From assembly GCA_951406725.2 (NCBI GenBank), contig OX597820.1, positions 14,322,001-14,386,000 of the forward strand: a stretch of 64,000 nt of DNA, read 5' to 3'. Under the pieces are notes generated by a model, which did no database searches, had not been told where the DNA came from, and saw only the letters and a list, made by a program, of their open reading frames with translations. This DNA comes from Octopus vulgaris (Eukaryota). Position numbers and translations under genes: made by a program. Positions 39,133 to 53,869 of this stretch are shown piece by piece. Within the stretch, counting starts at the first letter, position 1; each line of letters begins with the position of its first letter.

Positions 39133-39772
39133 AATTTTCCTTGTTTTGTATGTCCTGTACTCTATTTTTTCGTTGTTTTAAAAAAATGTCCATTTCCTTG
39201 GTTTTGTGTTTATGTTTTCGTTTCTCATTGTGTTCGACGTTTTTTTGGTGTCCTATACCCATATATGCATGTATATATACATGTAGAGGTAGGTACGTGC
39301 ATATATGTATGTATATATGCATATGTTTTATTTATTTATTAATTTATCATATGATGGAACGCACGCATCCATTTCTAAGTAAGATTGTTCTACATATATA
39401 TATATGCATATATATATATTATATATATATATATATGTATATTTAATAGCAGTTTGACTCCACCCTACATTACTTAATGCTTTGTGGGTGTAGAACATGT
39501 TTCCCCCTCATCAAATGTATTAAAACACACACACACACACATATATGTGAATATATATATTAGTGTGTGTCTGTGTGTGTGTGCGTGCATAGAAGCATAT
39601 ATATATGTATGTATGTGTGCATGTGTGTATATATATATATATATATAAAAATATATATATATGTATATATATATATTATATATATATATGTATGTGTGTG
39701 TGTATATGATATATATATATATGTGTGCATATGTATATATATATATATGTATATATTATATATATATATGTA

Positions 39773-39803
<31 letters not shown>

Positions 39804-39812
39804 GTGCATATG

Positions 39813-39848
<36 letters not shown>

Positions 39849-39852
39849 CATA

Positions 39853-39905
<53 letters not shown>

Positions 39906-39934
39906 GCATATGTATGTATATATATATATATATA

Positions 39935-39965
<31 letters not shown>

Positions 39966-40598
39966 ACATATGTATGTATATAAGTGTTGTATGTGTCCAT
40001 CAATTTATCTCCATCTACATCTACCCCAGCCAGTCTCATTTACCCACGTACGCATTCACTTAGACTTAATCAAGAATGATGCACAGATAAATAATATTTA
40101 TTTTTGACAGGACCGTTTTTGTAGCAATAACTCGCCCATAACAATGCCGAGCACGTAATAATGACGGTGTTAAAATATATCAAAGACCAATATTAAATTT
40201 CCTTCATAATTTTAATAACCAACTGATAAGATGTACAGAAATCTTCAAAGTAGAAACTCATTGTTAATATATCTGTAGGAAAATGATATGATGTAACTGC
40301 TCGTTATGGTTAATTAGGAGAAATGTCTATGAAAATAAAATAGTAATATTAGTATTTTTTGGGTGTTTTTGTTTACTTCTGTCATTAGCATAAATAAATG
40401 AATAATTTAAATAAATAATTCTGTTTGCTTTTTTACATTTTTGCTATTAATTTCCATTTGTTCATTATTACTATTAACATTATTATTATTATTATTATTA
40501 TTATTTTGTTTTAGTTGAATATGCAAAATCTGTAAAATATTGATAAATATTAATAATTTCAAACTATTTATATTTTGCACTCATAAGTGGAATATATA

Positions 40599-41500
40599 AG
40601 GCAGTGAGTTGGCAGTAACATTAGCACGCTGGGCGAAATGCTTAGCGGTATTTCATCTGTCTTTACGTTCTGAGTTCAAATTCCGCGAAGGTCAACTTTG
40701 CCTTTTATCCTTTCGGAGTCGATAAATTAAGTACCAGTTGCATACTAGGGTTGAAGTAATCGATTGCCCCACCTACCCCAAAATTATGGGCTTTGTGCCG
40801 AGAGTAGAAAAGAAGGTATTTCTTCTGTCTTTACGTTCTGAGTTCAAATTCTGCTGAGTTTGACTTTGCTTTTCATCTTTTTGGGGGGGTCGATAAATTA
40901 AGTACCAGTTGCATACTAGGGTTGAAGTAATCGATTGCCCCACCTACCCCAAAATTATGGGCTTTGTGCCGAGAGTAGAAAAGAAGGTATTTCGTCTGTC
41001 TTTACGTTCTGAGTTCAAATTCTGCTGAGTTCGACTTTGCTTTTCATCTTTTTGGGGGGTCGATAAATTAAGTATCAGTTGCGCACTGGGGTTGATCTAA
41101 TCGATTGCCCCCCTCCCTCAAAATTTCAGGCCTTGTGCCTAGAGTAGAAAAGAATCGTTAGCATGCTCGGGGAAAATGCTTAGCATTGTTTTATCCATTT
41201 TTATGTTCCAAGTTTAAATTCTGTTGAGGTCCAGTTTGCCTTTCATCCTTTCAGGGTCAAGAAAATATGTACCAGTTGATCACTGGGGTCTAAGTATTTT
41301 CTACCCCAAAATTGCTGGCCTTGTGCCAAAATTTGAAACTAAAGCCGACGAGCTTCAAGAATCATTAAATATTCTGGACAAAATGCTCAGTAACATTTCT
41401 TCTTTTGGGGTTGATAAAATAAGGACCAGTTGAGCACTGGGGTTGATATAATTGAATTACCCTCACCCTCGAAGTTGCTGGCCTTGTGCCAAAATTTGAA
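40599..41500 (+). mobile_element. Tandem cluster of SINE family B units
   Basis: ggtatttc.tctgtctttacgttctgagttcaaatt...agagtagaaaagaa repeats head-to-tail at ~40650, 40816 and 40986, followed by degenerate units. Confidence 0.85.
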
Positions 41501-41765
41501 ACCATTATTATAATTTTGTTTCAGTTGAATATGCATAATCTGTAAACTATTGGTTTTGAATTTTGGCACAGGGCCAGCAATTTTAAGGACCCCCAGCATT
41601 CAACTGGTTCTTATTTTATTAACCCCAAAAGAATGAAAGCAAGGTCTACCTCAGTGAGATTTGAACTCAGAATGTGAAGATGAACGAAATGTTGCTAAGC
41701 GTTTTGCCTGGCTTGCTAACATTTCTGTCAGCTTGTCGCCATATAATCTGCAAAATGTTGATAAA

Positions 41766-42218
41766 CTAGCTGACCCTGTACCATAAAAAATGACGGCTAA
41801 TTGTAGTATTTTATATATAAATATGGCTGATAAATCAAATTAATACACTTGTCAATGTTATCAAGTGGTTGTCTTTTTGAGATGAGAATCAATCATCATT
41901 TGTTATTAAAAGAGCGCTGATTCACACATACAAACATTCACATACTTCCCGTGTACACGCACACACATACACACATATACTCACGCAAAGTTGAAACGCT
42001 GTTTGATTTTTCTTTTCACCATTGAATGTTCATCATCCCACTTCCATTGCTCATAAACACACGCACACACACACAAACATTCACGTACCTCTCTTTTACA
42101 TACACATACATATACTCACACAGAGTTGAAATGCTCTCACTACCAGTTTACCATCACCCCTTCCTTTCTCATTCATATTTTGTGACGGAGAAAAACACAA
42201 GAGCATTATTATAGTAGA
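41766..42218 (-). mobile_element. Non-autonomous Helitron (second family)
   Basis: Minus strand begins TCTACTATAATAATG and ends ...gggtcagCTAG, with an A|T target. Paralogous empty site ttgataaa|tattaata at ~40540-40556. Confidence 0.8.
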
Positions 42219-45200
42219 TATTGATACTTTCAAACTATGTTTTGCACATGTAAGTGAAATATACAAGGCAGTGAGTTGGCAGAATTGTTATGTGTGTCAA
42301 GCAAAACTTCTTCTGGCTGTTTATGTTCTGAGTTCAAATCCTGCTGAGGTCAACTGTGTCTTTCATCCCATTGGTGGAAGTGAATAAATTAAATTACCAT
42401 TCAAATTCTGGGGTCAGCATAATTGACCGGTTTTACTCTCCTTGAAATTGCTAGCCTTGAAATAGCTACAACAGATCAGTGCCCTGTCCAATGGGGAGGG
42501 TCATGATCTCAATCATATATATATACCATGACAAAAAAGCAAAATTCAAAAATCAAAAGTGAAATAAATGAATTAAGTCTTAAAGCACCTTTAGTTTCTG
42601 CCTGGTTCTCCTCTCATCAGCAACGTCTATCAGTGGTCTTCTCTGTTTCAGTGCTAAAGCACTTGTGCCTACAATAGATTACTGCTTTCAAAAGGTAGCA
42701 AGCTGGCAGAAATGTTAACATGCCGGGCAAAATGCTTAGCGGTATTTTGTCTGTCTTTATGTTCTGAGTTCAAATTCCACCGAGGTCGACTTTGCCTTTC
42801 ATCCTTTCAGGGTCGATAAATTAAGTACCAGCTGCATACTGGGGTCGATCTAATTGATGGGCCCTTTCTCCAAAAATTTCGGGCCTTGTGCCTGAGTAGA
42901 AAACAATACTAATGGTTTCAAATTTTGGCACAAGGCCAGCAATTTTAGGGGTTAGGGTAAGTTGGTTACTTTGAGTCCAGTGTTCAACTGGTACTTATTT
43001 TATCAACCCTGAAAGGATGAAAGGCAAAGTCAACCTTGGCAGAATTTGAACTCAGAACGTAAAGACAAATGAAATGCTGCTAAAGCATTTTGTCTGGTGT
43101 GCTAACGATTCTACCAGCTCATCACCTTTATTTGACTAATAATAATCATTCCTACTCTAGGTAGAAGACATGAAATTTTGCAGGAAGGAGGCTAATTGAT
43201 TACATGGACTCCAGTACCCAAATGGTACTTATTTTATCAACCCCTGAAAGGATGAAGCGCAAAGTCAACCTTGGGGGAATTTGAACTCAAATTGTAAAAG
43301 CAGGTGAAATGCTACTAGGCATTTTGTCCAGCATGCTAATGATTCTGCCAGGTCATCACCTTTATCTGAGTAAAAATGATAAAAGAAGTGAAATCCAACC
43401 AGTGTGTGTGTGTGTGTTTATTATTGGTGTTATGACCCTTCCAAGATTCAAGAAAATCTGTTTCAGAACATGAAAATCATGCAAGCCAAATGTAAAATCA
43501 AAACTTAATTTAACTTACAAGCGGTTCTTGTACATGTTAATCAATCAATTGACCAATCAATAATTTATATAGATCATACCCCTGTGATAAACAAAGTCAC
43601 ATGCATCACTAATTTTTTTCCGTAATCACAAGTATCCGGATGTTCGATGGTTTTTTCCTCCACAAATCACTCGCTAAATTTTGCTTCCTTTTTTTTTTTT
43701 TTTTAATTGTGTGTGTGTGTTTTTTTCTTTTTTTGTTTCTTGACATTTAGAACATGTGATTACATTGATTTTAAAATGAGTTAAGAAAGGATGAGGAAGA
43801 AGAAGGGGAGGAGGTAAATGTCGAGCGATGCGCTGTGGGGGCCAACAACTACTAACGGCAGATTGAAATCCTGGTATGGAGTTTAACAGGGAAAAAGACA
43901 CAACTTGATCTCTCACCACCTCTCTCTCTCCCCTTTATCTCTTTTCTTCTCGTTATATCTTCCTATTTCTCTCTCTCTATATATATATATACATATATGT
44001 ATAATATATATATATATATATATATTATACATATATGTATATTTACATATATATATATGTATGTATATACATATGTCTGTGTATATATATGTGTGTGTGT
44101 ATCTATATATACATACATGTATATATATTTATATATGTATATATTTATGTGTGTATATATATACATGCATGTACGTATATTTATGTATGTGTATATTTAT
44201 GTATGTATATATATATTTATGTTTGTATGTATATATATATATTTATGTTTGTATGTATATATATATATTTATGTTTGTATGTATATATATATATACATTT
44301 ATTTATGTGTGTACATATATATTTATATATGTATATATTTATCTCTGTCTCTATATATATATATATATATGTATATATGCATATCTGTTTCTCTTCCTTC
44401 CTCTCTCTCCCTTTCTTTCTCTCAGAGTCTCTCCGTTTCCCCACATTTAATAGTCGGTCCTATCATCTTTTACTTCATCCTCAAATCCTTCTACTAAACT
44501 ATCAAAGGACAGCCTGATTTCCATAATGTTCTCTGCAATAGAGAATGTTTCTAATTAGAGATTTGTAAATGACTTACAATGCTATGTTTCGATCCCTTGA
44601 TACAAAAGTTCACAGAATCCAATTTGCTATATGCTTTTGATCAGGAATTGAATATGCTCGTACGATGATGGTTAAACTACATACATCACCATATATGATG
44701 ATTTCAAGCAAGGGGGAGTTTCAACATGGAAATTAGACCTGCTAGAGATAGCAGCTGAATCATTCTCAAATCATTCGATATTACTGGTGTGTTTTGTTTA
44801 TTTTTTGCATTTATCACATAATGCTTAGCCCTTCAGCATTTAAACTGCCTATATCTAGCCCCAATTTTCTTCTTGTTTTGATCTCAAACTGGCCAGATCT
44901 AGCCTCTCACACCTACCCAATATTGTCATTCTCAATATAAACAGTCGCATCATTGAAATCGTTTAATGTCCATTTTCCATGCTAGCATGGGTTGGATGGT
45001 TTGACCGGGCTCTGGGAAGCCAGGAGGCTGCACTAGACTCCAGTCTGATCTGGCAGTGTTTCTACGGCTGGATGCCCTTCCTAACGCCAACCACTTCGTG
45101 AGTGTAGTGGGTGATTTTTACGTGCCACCGGCACAGGGGCCAGGGGAGGCTGGCAACGTTCACGATTGGTCGGTGCTTTTTACATGCCACTGGCACAGAA

Positions 45201-45371
45201 GTCAGTCAAGGCGGCACTTGCATCGGCCACGTTCGGATGGTGTTTTTTATGTGCCACCAGCACGGGTATCACAACTACAATTTCCATTTGATTTTTATTT
45301 TGATGTTGATGTACTTGACTCAATAGGTCTCCTCGAGCACAGCAGCTCACTCTAAAGCATTCACACTAGTG

Positions 45372-45646
45372 CAGCAGTTCCCAACGTTTTTGCATTTACG
45401 ACCCCTTACCCAAAAGTTTGAAACCCATGTGATCCCCTACTATGGGCAGCTTGATTTACATTCTATTTTCTGTGAAGGAGAGGGAAAGAAACTTCTAACA
45501 AAAAAATTTATTCAAGAATCCTGTTATTATTTATTAGCAAAAACATATGTAAGTACATAAAAACTATAATTAATGAGTTGAAATTAATATTATCCCAAGC
45601 CACTTCTAGCAAGGTGGGGTCAGGAATTACCGGTTGAGAATCCCTG
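45372..45646. mobile_element. hAT (Charlie-like) MITE with perfect 8-bp TSD
   Basis: TIRs cagcagttcccaac / gttgagaatccctg. TSD cactagtg at 45364-45371 and 45647-45654. Confidence 0.85.
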
Positions 45647-48625
45647 CACTAGTGGATAGTTATCGCCACTCTGATAGCATCAAGCTGCAATGTGGTCTGG
45701 GGGCCAAGAATGCTGGAGGTCTCCACTGCCACAGGCTCAACCACAAACCTGTCAGAGAGCAGCTGATACTTTGACATATTCTACCAGTCTTAAGTATCTC
45801 AAATGATTGGAATTGGATGCTAGAATTTTGTGGGTTTGTAGGGGCTGGTGCCACATAAAAAGCAAGCACCTGTGCTGGTGTTGCGTACAAGCACTCAGTA
45901 CACTTTGTAAAGTGGTTGGTGTTAGGAATGGCATCCAACCATTGAAACCATGCCAAAACAGATGACTGGAGCTCAGCACAGCTCTCTGGCTTGCCTGCTC
46001 CTGTCAAACCATTCAACCCATGAACATGTGGAGAACAGTCATTAAATGATGATGATGAATTGCAGGTACTGACACCAGCTCCAGGATTTGATCCTCAGAA
46101 GAGGAGAGGTTCATAAAAAAGAAACCTCACCTATGGTCATGAATGTCAGGTGATGACCAAAAGAGTACAATCAGGAATGACAGCTGAGATGGGATTCCTC
46201 CTAAAGAACTCTGGAGTAATGTTATGTAACGGAATGCAAAGCTCAGAGATCAGTGAGTCTCTCCAGGTTGAGCTGCTATTTCTTCACATTGAAACATCAC
46301 AGCTCCATTATTAAATTTGATTTAATTATTTTTATTTACTTAATTAATTTTGATGTGCATTATAGATCAGTGGTTCTCAAATTGATGAATATCAAGCTCA
46401 TCCCTATGTCACCCCCACTACATTGGAGAAAATTGCTCCCCCTTCCATCCCACCTACCACCCCTCTCCTTATTTATTAACAAGAAGACAAAATACAGTTT
46501 GCTACAATAATATCATTTTAAAATAATTATCAGCAACAGAAGCATTGATACCAAAATGCAGTTTTTATATCCAACTTAGCATGGATGTTTTCAAAGAATG
46601 CCATATACCGCAGTTTTTGCCTCAAGAGATACTCGTTTTTTTTGTATCAATACTGCTTCTGTCACTAACAATTGTTCTTTAAAAAGTCTGCTGACTATTT
46701 GCATCATCAGTGCCTGGAAATGTTGCTGGCATTCTATATATCATTGGCAGTGAGATCTGGCTGAAATGCAGCTACCAGACAGCTATCACTGAAGATACAC
46801 AGTACGTAGAAATCGTGTGATCTGCCAGAGGATTATCATCTGTCAATTATATAACTGTGTACTTTTGTACACTTTGCATCTATATGAAAGGTCTTCTCAA
46901 GGTGAATACTGCATATTTTACTGTCTTCATATGAATGTGTAAAATAAAAAAAATTTTAAACTAGGCGCAGGAGTGGCTGTGTGGTAAGTAGCTTGTTTAC
47001 CAACCACATTGTTCCAGGTTCATTCGCACTGTGTGGCACCTTGGGCAAGTGTCTTTTACTATAACCTCGGGCCAACCAAAACCTTGTGAATGGATTTGGT
47101 AGACAGAAACTGAAAGAAGCCCGTCGTATATATGTATATATATATATATGCATGTATGTGTTTGTGTGCCTGTGTTGTGTTTATGTCCCCGTTACTTAGC
47201 GGTTCGGCAAAAGAGACCGATAGAATAAGTACTGGGCTTACAAAAGAATAAGTCCTGGGTTCGAGTTGCTCGATTAAAGGCGGTGCTCCAGCATGGCCGC
47301 AGTCAAATGACTGAAACTAGTAAAAGAGTATGTTAATTCTACAAAACATAAACAATTTCCCCACCTCAGAATAAATTGTCACCAACCCTCACCTGTTTCT
47401 AAGCAAGATATTTCCCTATAGCTAAACAAGCCTTTCATGGAAGACTGGAACCAAACAAACGAACATCACTTGTATGATGGTGACACACATTTACAACCCT
47501 CACATGATGCCAAGACAAGGCTACACACAAACACATATAATTATAATTTCTAAACTAATCTAAAATTTAGTAAAATAACTTTGTGCATTGTCAAGTTGAT
47601 GTTTACAACATAAATTAGTATGCCATTTTGATGAGAGGTTTTAGTTTAGATCATTTTAAAACAGAAAGTTATTTAGGCTCGGGAGTGGCTGTGTAGTAAG
47701 TAGCTAGCTTACCAACCACATGGTTCCGGGTTCAGTCTCACTGCATGGCACCTTGGGCAAGTGTCTTCTACTATAGCCTCAGGCCGACCAAAGCCTTGTG
47801 AATGGATTTTCATCATCATCATCATCATTATCGTTTAACGTCTGTTTTCCGCGCTAGCACGGGTTGGACGGTTCGACCGGGGTCTGGGAAGCCAGGGGCT
47901 GCTCCAGGCTCCAGGCTGATCTGGCAGAGTTTCTACGGCTGGATGCCCTTCCTAACGCCAACCACTCCGCGAGTGTAGTGGGTGCTTTTTACGTGCCACC
48001 TGCCGAAACTGAAAGAAGCCCATCGTATGTATATATATATATGTATATATGTCTGTGTTTGTTCCCCACCCCAACATCGCTTGACAACCGATGCTGGGAT
48101 GTTTACGTCCCCATAACTTAGAGGTTCGGCAAAAAAAAACGATAGAATAAGTACTGGGCTTACAAAGAATAAGTCCTGGGGTCGATTTGTTCAACTAAAG
48201 GCGGTACTCCAGCATGGCCGCTGTCAAATAACTGAAACAAGTAAAAGAGTAAAGAGAGAGTAAAAAGAGAACCAGAGGCAGTCTCAGGTCGGTTGGTACC
48301 AAAAGGTTTTAAAAGAGTTACAACAAAGTCACCAGTGTACAGAAGAGTAAATGGTTTGTATCTTGTCGCCAATATTTTCTTATGTCAGGTTATGGTTAAG
48401 GTCTTGTGCTATTCAATCTGTTCTGTTTATGTTATATGATTTTGTCCCCCAAAAAGTCCTTTGAAATACAGGTACAACAGAAACAGAAAGTTGTAGTGAA
48501 AGAGTACAGCAGGGTTCACTACCACCCCCTGCTGGAGCCTTGTCTAAAAGTTGATGAATACCACCTCTTGATCCCCTCCATTTTCTTATTGCTATATATA
48601 TATATGTATATGTATGTATGTATAT

Positions 48626-48838
48626 ACATGGGGGTACTCTGGGCTTTAAGGGTGCTGCAAAAGACCTGGTTGGAGGCCCAACCTTCCAAGTTCTTTTACA
48701 AGGCTTAGACAAACTGAAGGACCCCTGCAACTAGTATGTGAATCTGAGAGGGGAATATGTTGAATAAAATCATAATTAACTGATCCTCCTGTATTTTCTT
48801 TTACCCAAAACCAGGAACTTTTCAACACCCACCTCATA
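48626..48838 (+). mobile_element. Short mariner deletion derivative
   Basis: Retains a transposase C-terminus (GLDKLKDPCN*YVNLRGEYVE*) and a TIR-like right end aacttttcaacacccacctcata, in TA-rich context. Confidence 0.65.
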
Positions 48839-48841
48839 CGT

Positions 48842-48889
<48 letters not shown>

Positions 48890-49048
48890 ATATGTATGTA
48901 TGTGTATATAAATATATATATATACATGTCACTGCCACCATTGAGACTAACAAATCATGTGGTTTCAGTCTTCTTTGCCCTTGTCAGTGATATATGTGTG
49001 TGTGTATGTGTGTATATATATATATATATAGAGAGAGAGATATGTTTG

Positions 49049-49107
<59 letters not shown>

Positions 49108-49143
49108 ATATATACACATATATATATAGCATAACATATCAAT

Positions 49144-49187
<44 letters not shown>

Positions 49188-49679
49188 ATAATTATATACA
49201 GTAGTTAGGAAGAGCTGACAGAGATAAATAACAAGAGCACTATATATACTTCAACTGGTATTTCCATAAGCTTGAAGAACTGTGACCAGTTCCTCTTATA
49301 ATCCAAGACCATGACAGAAGTTCTTGCTTCAAGACTGTGTTTCAGCTAATTTTTATGACCATCATGCCAAAGTGCCAAAGTGGTTATGATAGGAATAAAT
49401 AGCTTAGCAGTAAATAATTTCCAAAGGGAGATATAAATTAACTGTCATAGGCAACAAAACCACCGTATTAATGGTAAACATTTCATTAATTTTCACTGTG
49501 GAGCTGAATATCTTCTCATGAATAAAACAACGTCTCTCTTTCTCTCTCTCTGTCATGATTTCATTTGGAAATAACGTTGAAGGCTTTATGATGGCTACCT
49601 TTTACTACTCGAAGTACGTTTTTATGAGGACTAACGCAAACACACAACTACACTGTAATGGTTGCAGCTGATCAACTTA

Positions 49680-49680
49680 G

Positions 49681-49717
<37 letters not shown>

Positions 49718-50659
49718 TGATGATGATGATGATGATATTGATCATGATGATGATAATAATAATAATAATAATAATGTTGATGATAATAATAATAATAATG
49801 TTTATGATGATAATAATAATAATAATGTTTATGATGATAATAATAATAATAATGATAATAATATAATAATACTGATGATGATGATGATGATAATAATAAT
49901 GATGATGATAATAATAATACTGATGATGATGATGATGATGATAATAAATCTGGCAATGAAAGAGAAAGGCAAACAACAATAATAGAATATGTCATAATGA
50001 AGATATATCATCTAGATCATCTAGATTATGATAATGTCAATGATGATGATGATGATGATGATGATGAAGATGATGATAAGAAGTGGGAGGAGTATGATCT
50101 CTTTCTCCTTCTCCTCTTCCTCATTGTCATCCTCGTCATCATCATCGTCATCAGTGTAGTTATTACCATCATTGTGTTGCTGCTACCACCCTACCACCCA
50201 CCATTATTATCAGCACCAACCCACCACCATCACCACCAACAAGCCAACATCATCACCGCCACCACAACCATCATCATCATCCTTATAATCATTATTAACA
50301 GCAACATCATCATCACCTTCATCATCATCATCATCATCAGTAGCAGCAAAATCCTCCAACTCCTTCTCATCATCGTTATCATCATCATTGTCATCACCGT
50401 CATTATTGTCATCAACAACGTCATCATCATTGCTGTATTTGTCATCATCATTATCAGCAGCAGCAGCAACATCCTCCAACTCCTTCTTCTCATCGTCATT
50501 GTCATCATCATCATTACTATCATCATCACCATCATCATCATAGTGACTTTCATCTTCACAACCACCACCACCACCATCATCATCATCTTCATTACTATCA
50601 CCATCATCATTATCATTACTATCATCATCACCATCATCATCATAGTCACTTTCGTCTTC

Positions 50660-50690
<31 letters not shown>

Positions 50691-50794
50691 CTATCATCAT
50701 CATCACTATCATCATCATCATCATCTTCATCATCATCATCACCATCATCATCTTCATCATCATCACTATCATCATCATCATCATCATCATCATT

Positions 50795-50893
<99 letters not shown>

Positions 50894-50908
50894 TTCATCA
50901 TCATCACT

Positions 50909-50960
<52 letters not shown>

Positions 50961-50992
50961 CTATCATCATCATTACTATCATCATCATCACT

Positions 50993-51071
<79 letters not shown>

Positions 51072-51120
51072 CTATCATCATCATTACTATCATCATCATC
51101 ATCATCATCATCATCACCAT
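49680..51120. repeat. (AAT)n then a very long (CAT)n microsatellite
   Basis: Direct reading; source of the 472-aa poly-I and 313-aa poly-D ORFs. Confidence 0.97.
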
Positions 51121-51509
51121 CTTCTTCCTGCTCATTCTCCGCCTTCTTCATTTCCTTACCATTATCCTCGTCTTTCTCTTCTCGTTAAAGATAGTTGTTA
51201 TGATTCTGATGGGTTCTTTTATGGCCACCATGTTGCCTTATGGTTACATTTCATTCTGTTTTATGTTACGTTACAATTATGTTGTTCTTATACTATGGTT
51301 ATGGCACAGGCATGGCGCTGACTTCAAGAAGATCGCTTCCCAAGAAGCTTGTTTGGAGTTCAGTCCCACTGCGTGCCACCTTGGCCAAGTGTCTTCTACT
51401 ATAGCCCCAGGATAGTCAAAGCCTGTTTGATAGACAGGAACTGAAAGAAAAGCTTATATATAAAAGTGTGTACATGTGTGTGTGTGTGTCCTTGTCTAAA
51501 CATCATGTG

Positions 51510-52097
51510 ATATATTTCTTTACTGCCCACAAGGGGCTAAACACAGAGGGGACAAACAAGGACAGGCAACGGGATTAAGTAGGTTATATCGACCCCAGTG
51601 CGAAACTGGTACTTTATTTATCGACCCCAGTGCGAAACTGGTACTTTATTTATCGACCCCGAAAGGATGAAAGGCGGAATTTGAACTCAGAACGTAACGT
51701 ACCTATTTCTTTACTACCCACAAGGGGCTAAATACAGAGGGGACAAACAAGGACAGGCAACGCGATTAAGTAGGTTATATCGACCCCAGTGCGAAACTGG
51801 TACTTTATTTATTGACCCCGAAAGGATGAAAGGCGGAATTTGAACTCAGAACGTAACGGCAGACGAAATACCTATTTCTTTATTACCCATAAGGGGCTAA
51901 ACACAGAGGGGACAAACAAGGACAGACATAGGTATTAAGTCGATTATATCGACCCCAGTGCGTAACTGGTACTTATTTAATCGACCCCGAAAGGATGAAA
52001 GGCAAAGTTGACCTTGGCGGAATTCGAACTCACAACGTAACGCAGACGAAATACCACTAAGCATTTCGCCTGGCGTGCTAACGTTTCTGCCAGCTCA
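51510..52097 (-). mobile_element. SINE family B with tandemly triplicated body and tail
   Basis: tatttctttactRcccacaaggggctaaa.acagaggggacaaacaaggacag recurs at ~51514, 51704 and 51873. A tail fragment also lies at 3434-3495. Confidence 0.85.
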
Positions 52098-52937
52098 CTG
52101 CCCTAAACATCATGTGATAGTAGTAAATGATGGTGATGATGATGATGATCATCATCATCATACAAGCGATGCTGTTTGTTGCCAGTCTTCTGTAAAAGAA
52201 AATGTCCAGCCGTGGGGATATATTACCTTGCTTGGAAATAAGCAAGAGTCAATGACAGATAGGGCATCTGGTCTTGTAAAAACCTGCTTCAACAAATCCC
52301 ATCTGACCCAGGCAAGCTTGGAAAGGTGGACACTAAATAATAAAGATGAGGATAATGACAATATACTATAGTACTTTTATGTGATTGGTATCAAGAGTGC
52401 GGTCTATTTATGTTTGGTAACAAGAAGTTAGTAGTTCAGTCCCACTGTATGAATGGGATCTGTTCAGTTTGGCTCACAGATTTTTTAATTAATTTTCTTT
52501 AACAGAACAGTTTGAAACTTCGTATTCTGGTGGAATGTCTCAGGCAGAACATGGTTTACTTTGAACATTTTTGACAAAATTTGGTATTTTAGAAGTTATT
52601 TTATGTTAAAGTTGTATTTGGGTTACTGCCTTATGGTCTATATTATATCTGTAGGTAGAACTGGGATATATATATATATATCAATAATAATAAAAGGATA
52701 AAGTAAATAAATAATTAATCAGTTAATTAATTATGTAGCTAATCTAAGTCATGTAGATTCGTTATTTTTCTCTTTGCTTATGTAAAAAAAGTGTGTTACT
52801 GTCTGGGAGATATTTATGGTAGCTCACAAATACACACACACACACGCATACTCACACAATACATGCAGACATACATACACATATAAACACACATACATGC
52901 ATACATACATACATACATACATACATACATACATACA

Positions 52938-52971
<34 letters not shown>

Positions 52972-53277
52972 CTTCGTCATCATCATTTAACATCAGTTTT
53001 TCATGCTGGCATGGGTTGGATGGTTTGGTAGAAGGCTGCACTAGGTTTTACTGTCTGTTTTGGCAGGGTTTTTACAGCTGGATGTCCTTCCTAATACCAA
53101 CCACCTTACAGAGTGGACTGAGTGCCTTTTACATGGCACCAGCACTAGCAATGTCTGTTTTGGCAAATTCCTGACTCTCACATACACACGAGTCAAATAT
53201 AACAAGCTACTCCAAACCATCGTCGGAGTATCCATGTAAGCGGAGTCTGGACCAGCTACTTTGTACTGGTTTCAAGT

Positions 53278-53556
53278 GATGTAAGTTGTAATAGTAAAGT
53301 CATACCAAATAGTGATAATTTGAAATAATTTAATATGCATGTTTCAGGCCTGCATAATACATAACATAAAATGCATCCATTATGTAAGATCTTCTTCAGT
53401 TAAAACATTTCAAAATATTTTGAAATGTTTTAACTGAAGACGGTTTACATAATGGATGCATTTTCTATTAGGGATTATACAGACCTGAAACATCCGTACT
53501 AAATTATATCAAATTATCACTATGACATGTGATTTCACTATTACAACTTATACATC
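53278..53556. repeat. Spacer-less palindrome (~140-bp arms; perfect 48-bp centre at 53393-53440), each arm hammerhead-like
   Basis: tcttcagttaaaacatttcaaaat|attttgaaatgttttaactgaaga. Arms read tttaa CTGAAGA ...long stem II... GAAA catgca TA ttaaa. Confidence 0.85.
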
Positions 53557-53768
53557 TTTGTGGTTTTGTAGCACGAAGCAAAGCAGGCCTTGCAATCCAC
53601 TCAAGAAAACATAAATGATCCACACTTGAGCAAACTGAATCCTCAACTTGTTCCATTTGCCAAAAGATTTGCAAGGCACCAGCAGGTCTCAAGAGACACA
53701 TTCATGTCCATAGAACATGATTACCGCTTTATTTTACTAGACTGTCATTTGTCATTCATGACAAGTGT

Positions 53769-53869
<101 letters not shown>

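Noticed and set aside
49997-51415. 472-aa poly-Ile and 313-aa poly-Asp ORFs
   Set aside because: Reading frames of a (CAT)n microsatellite.
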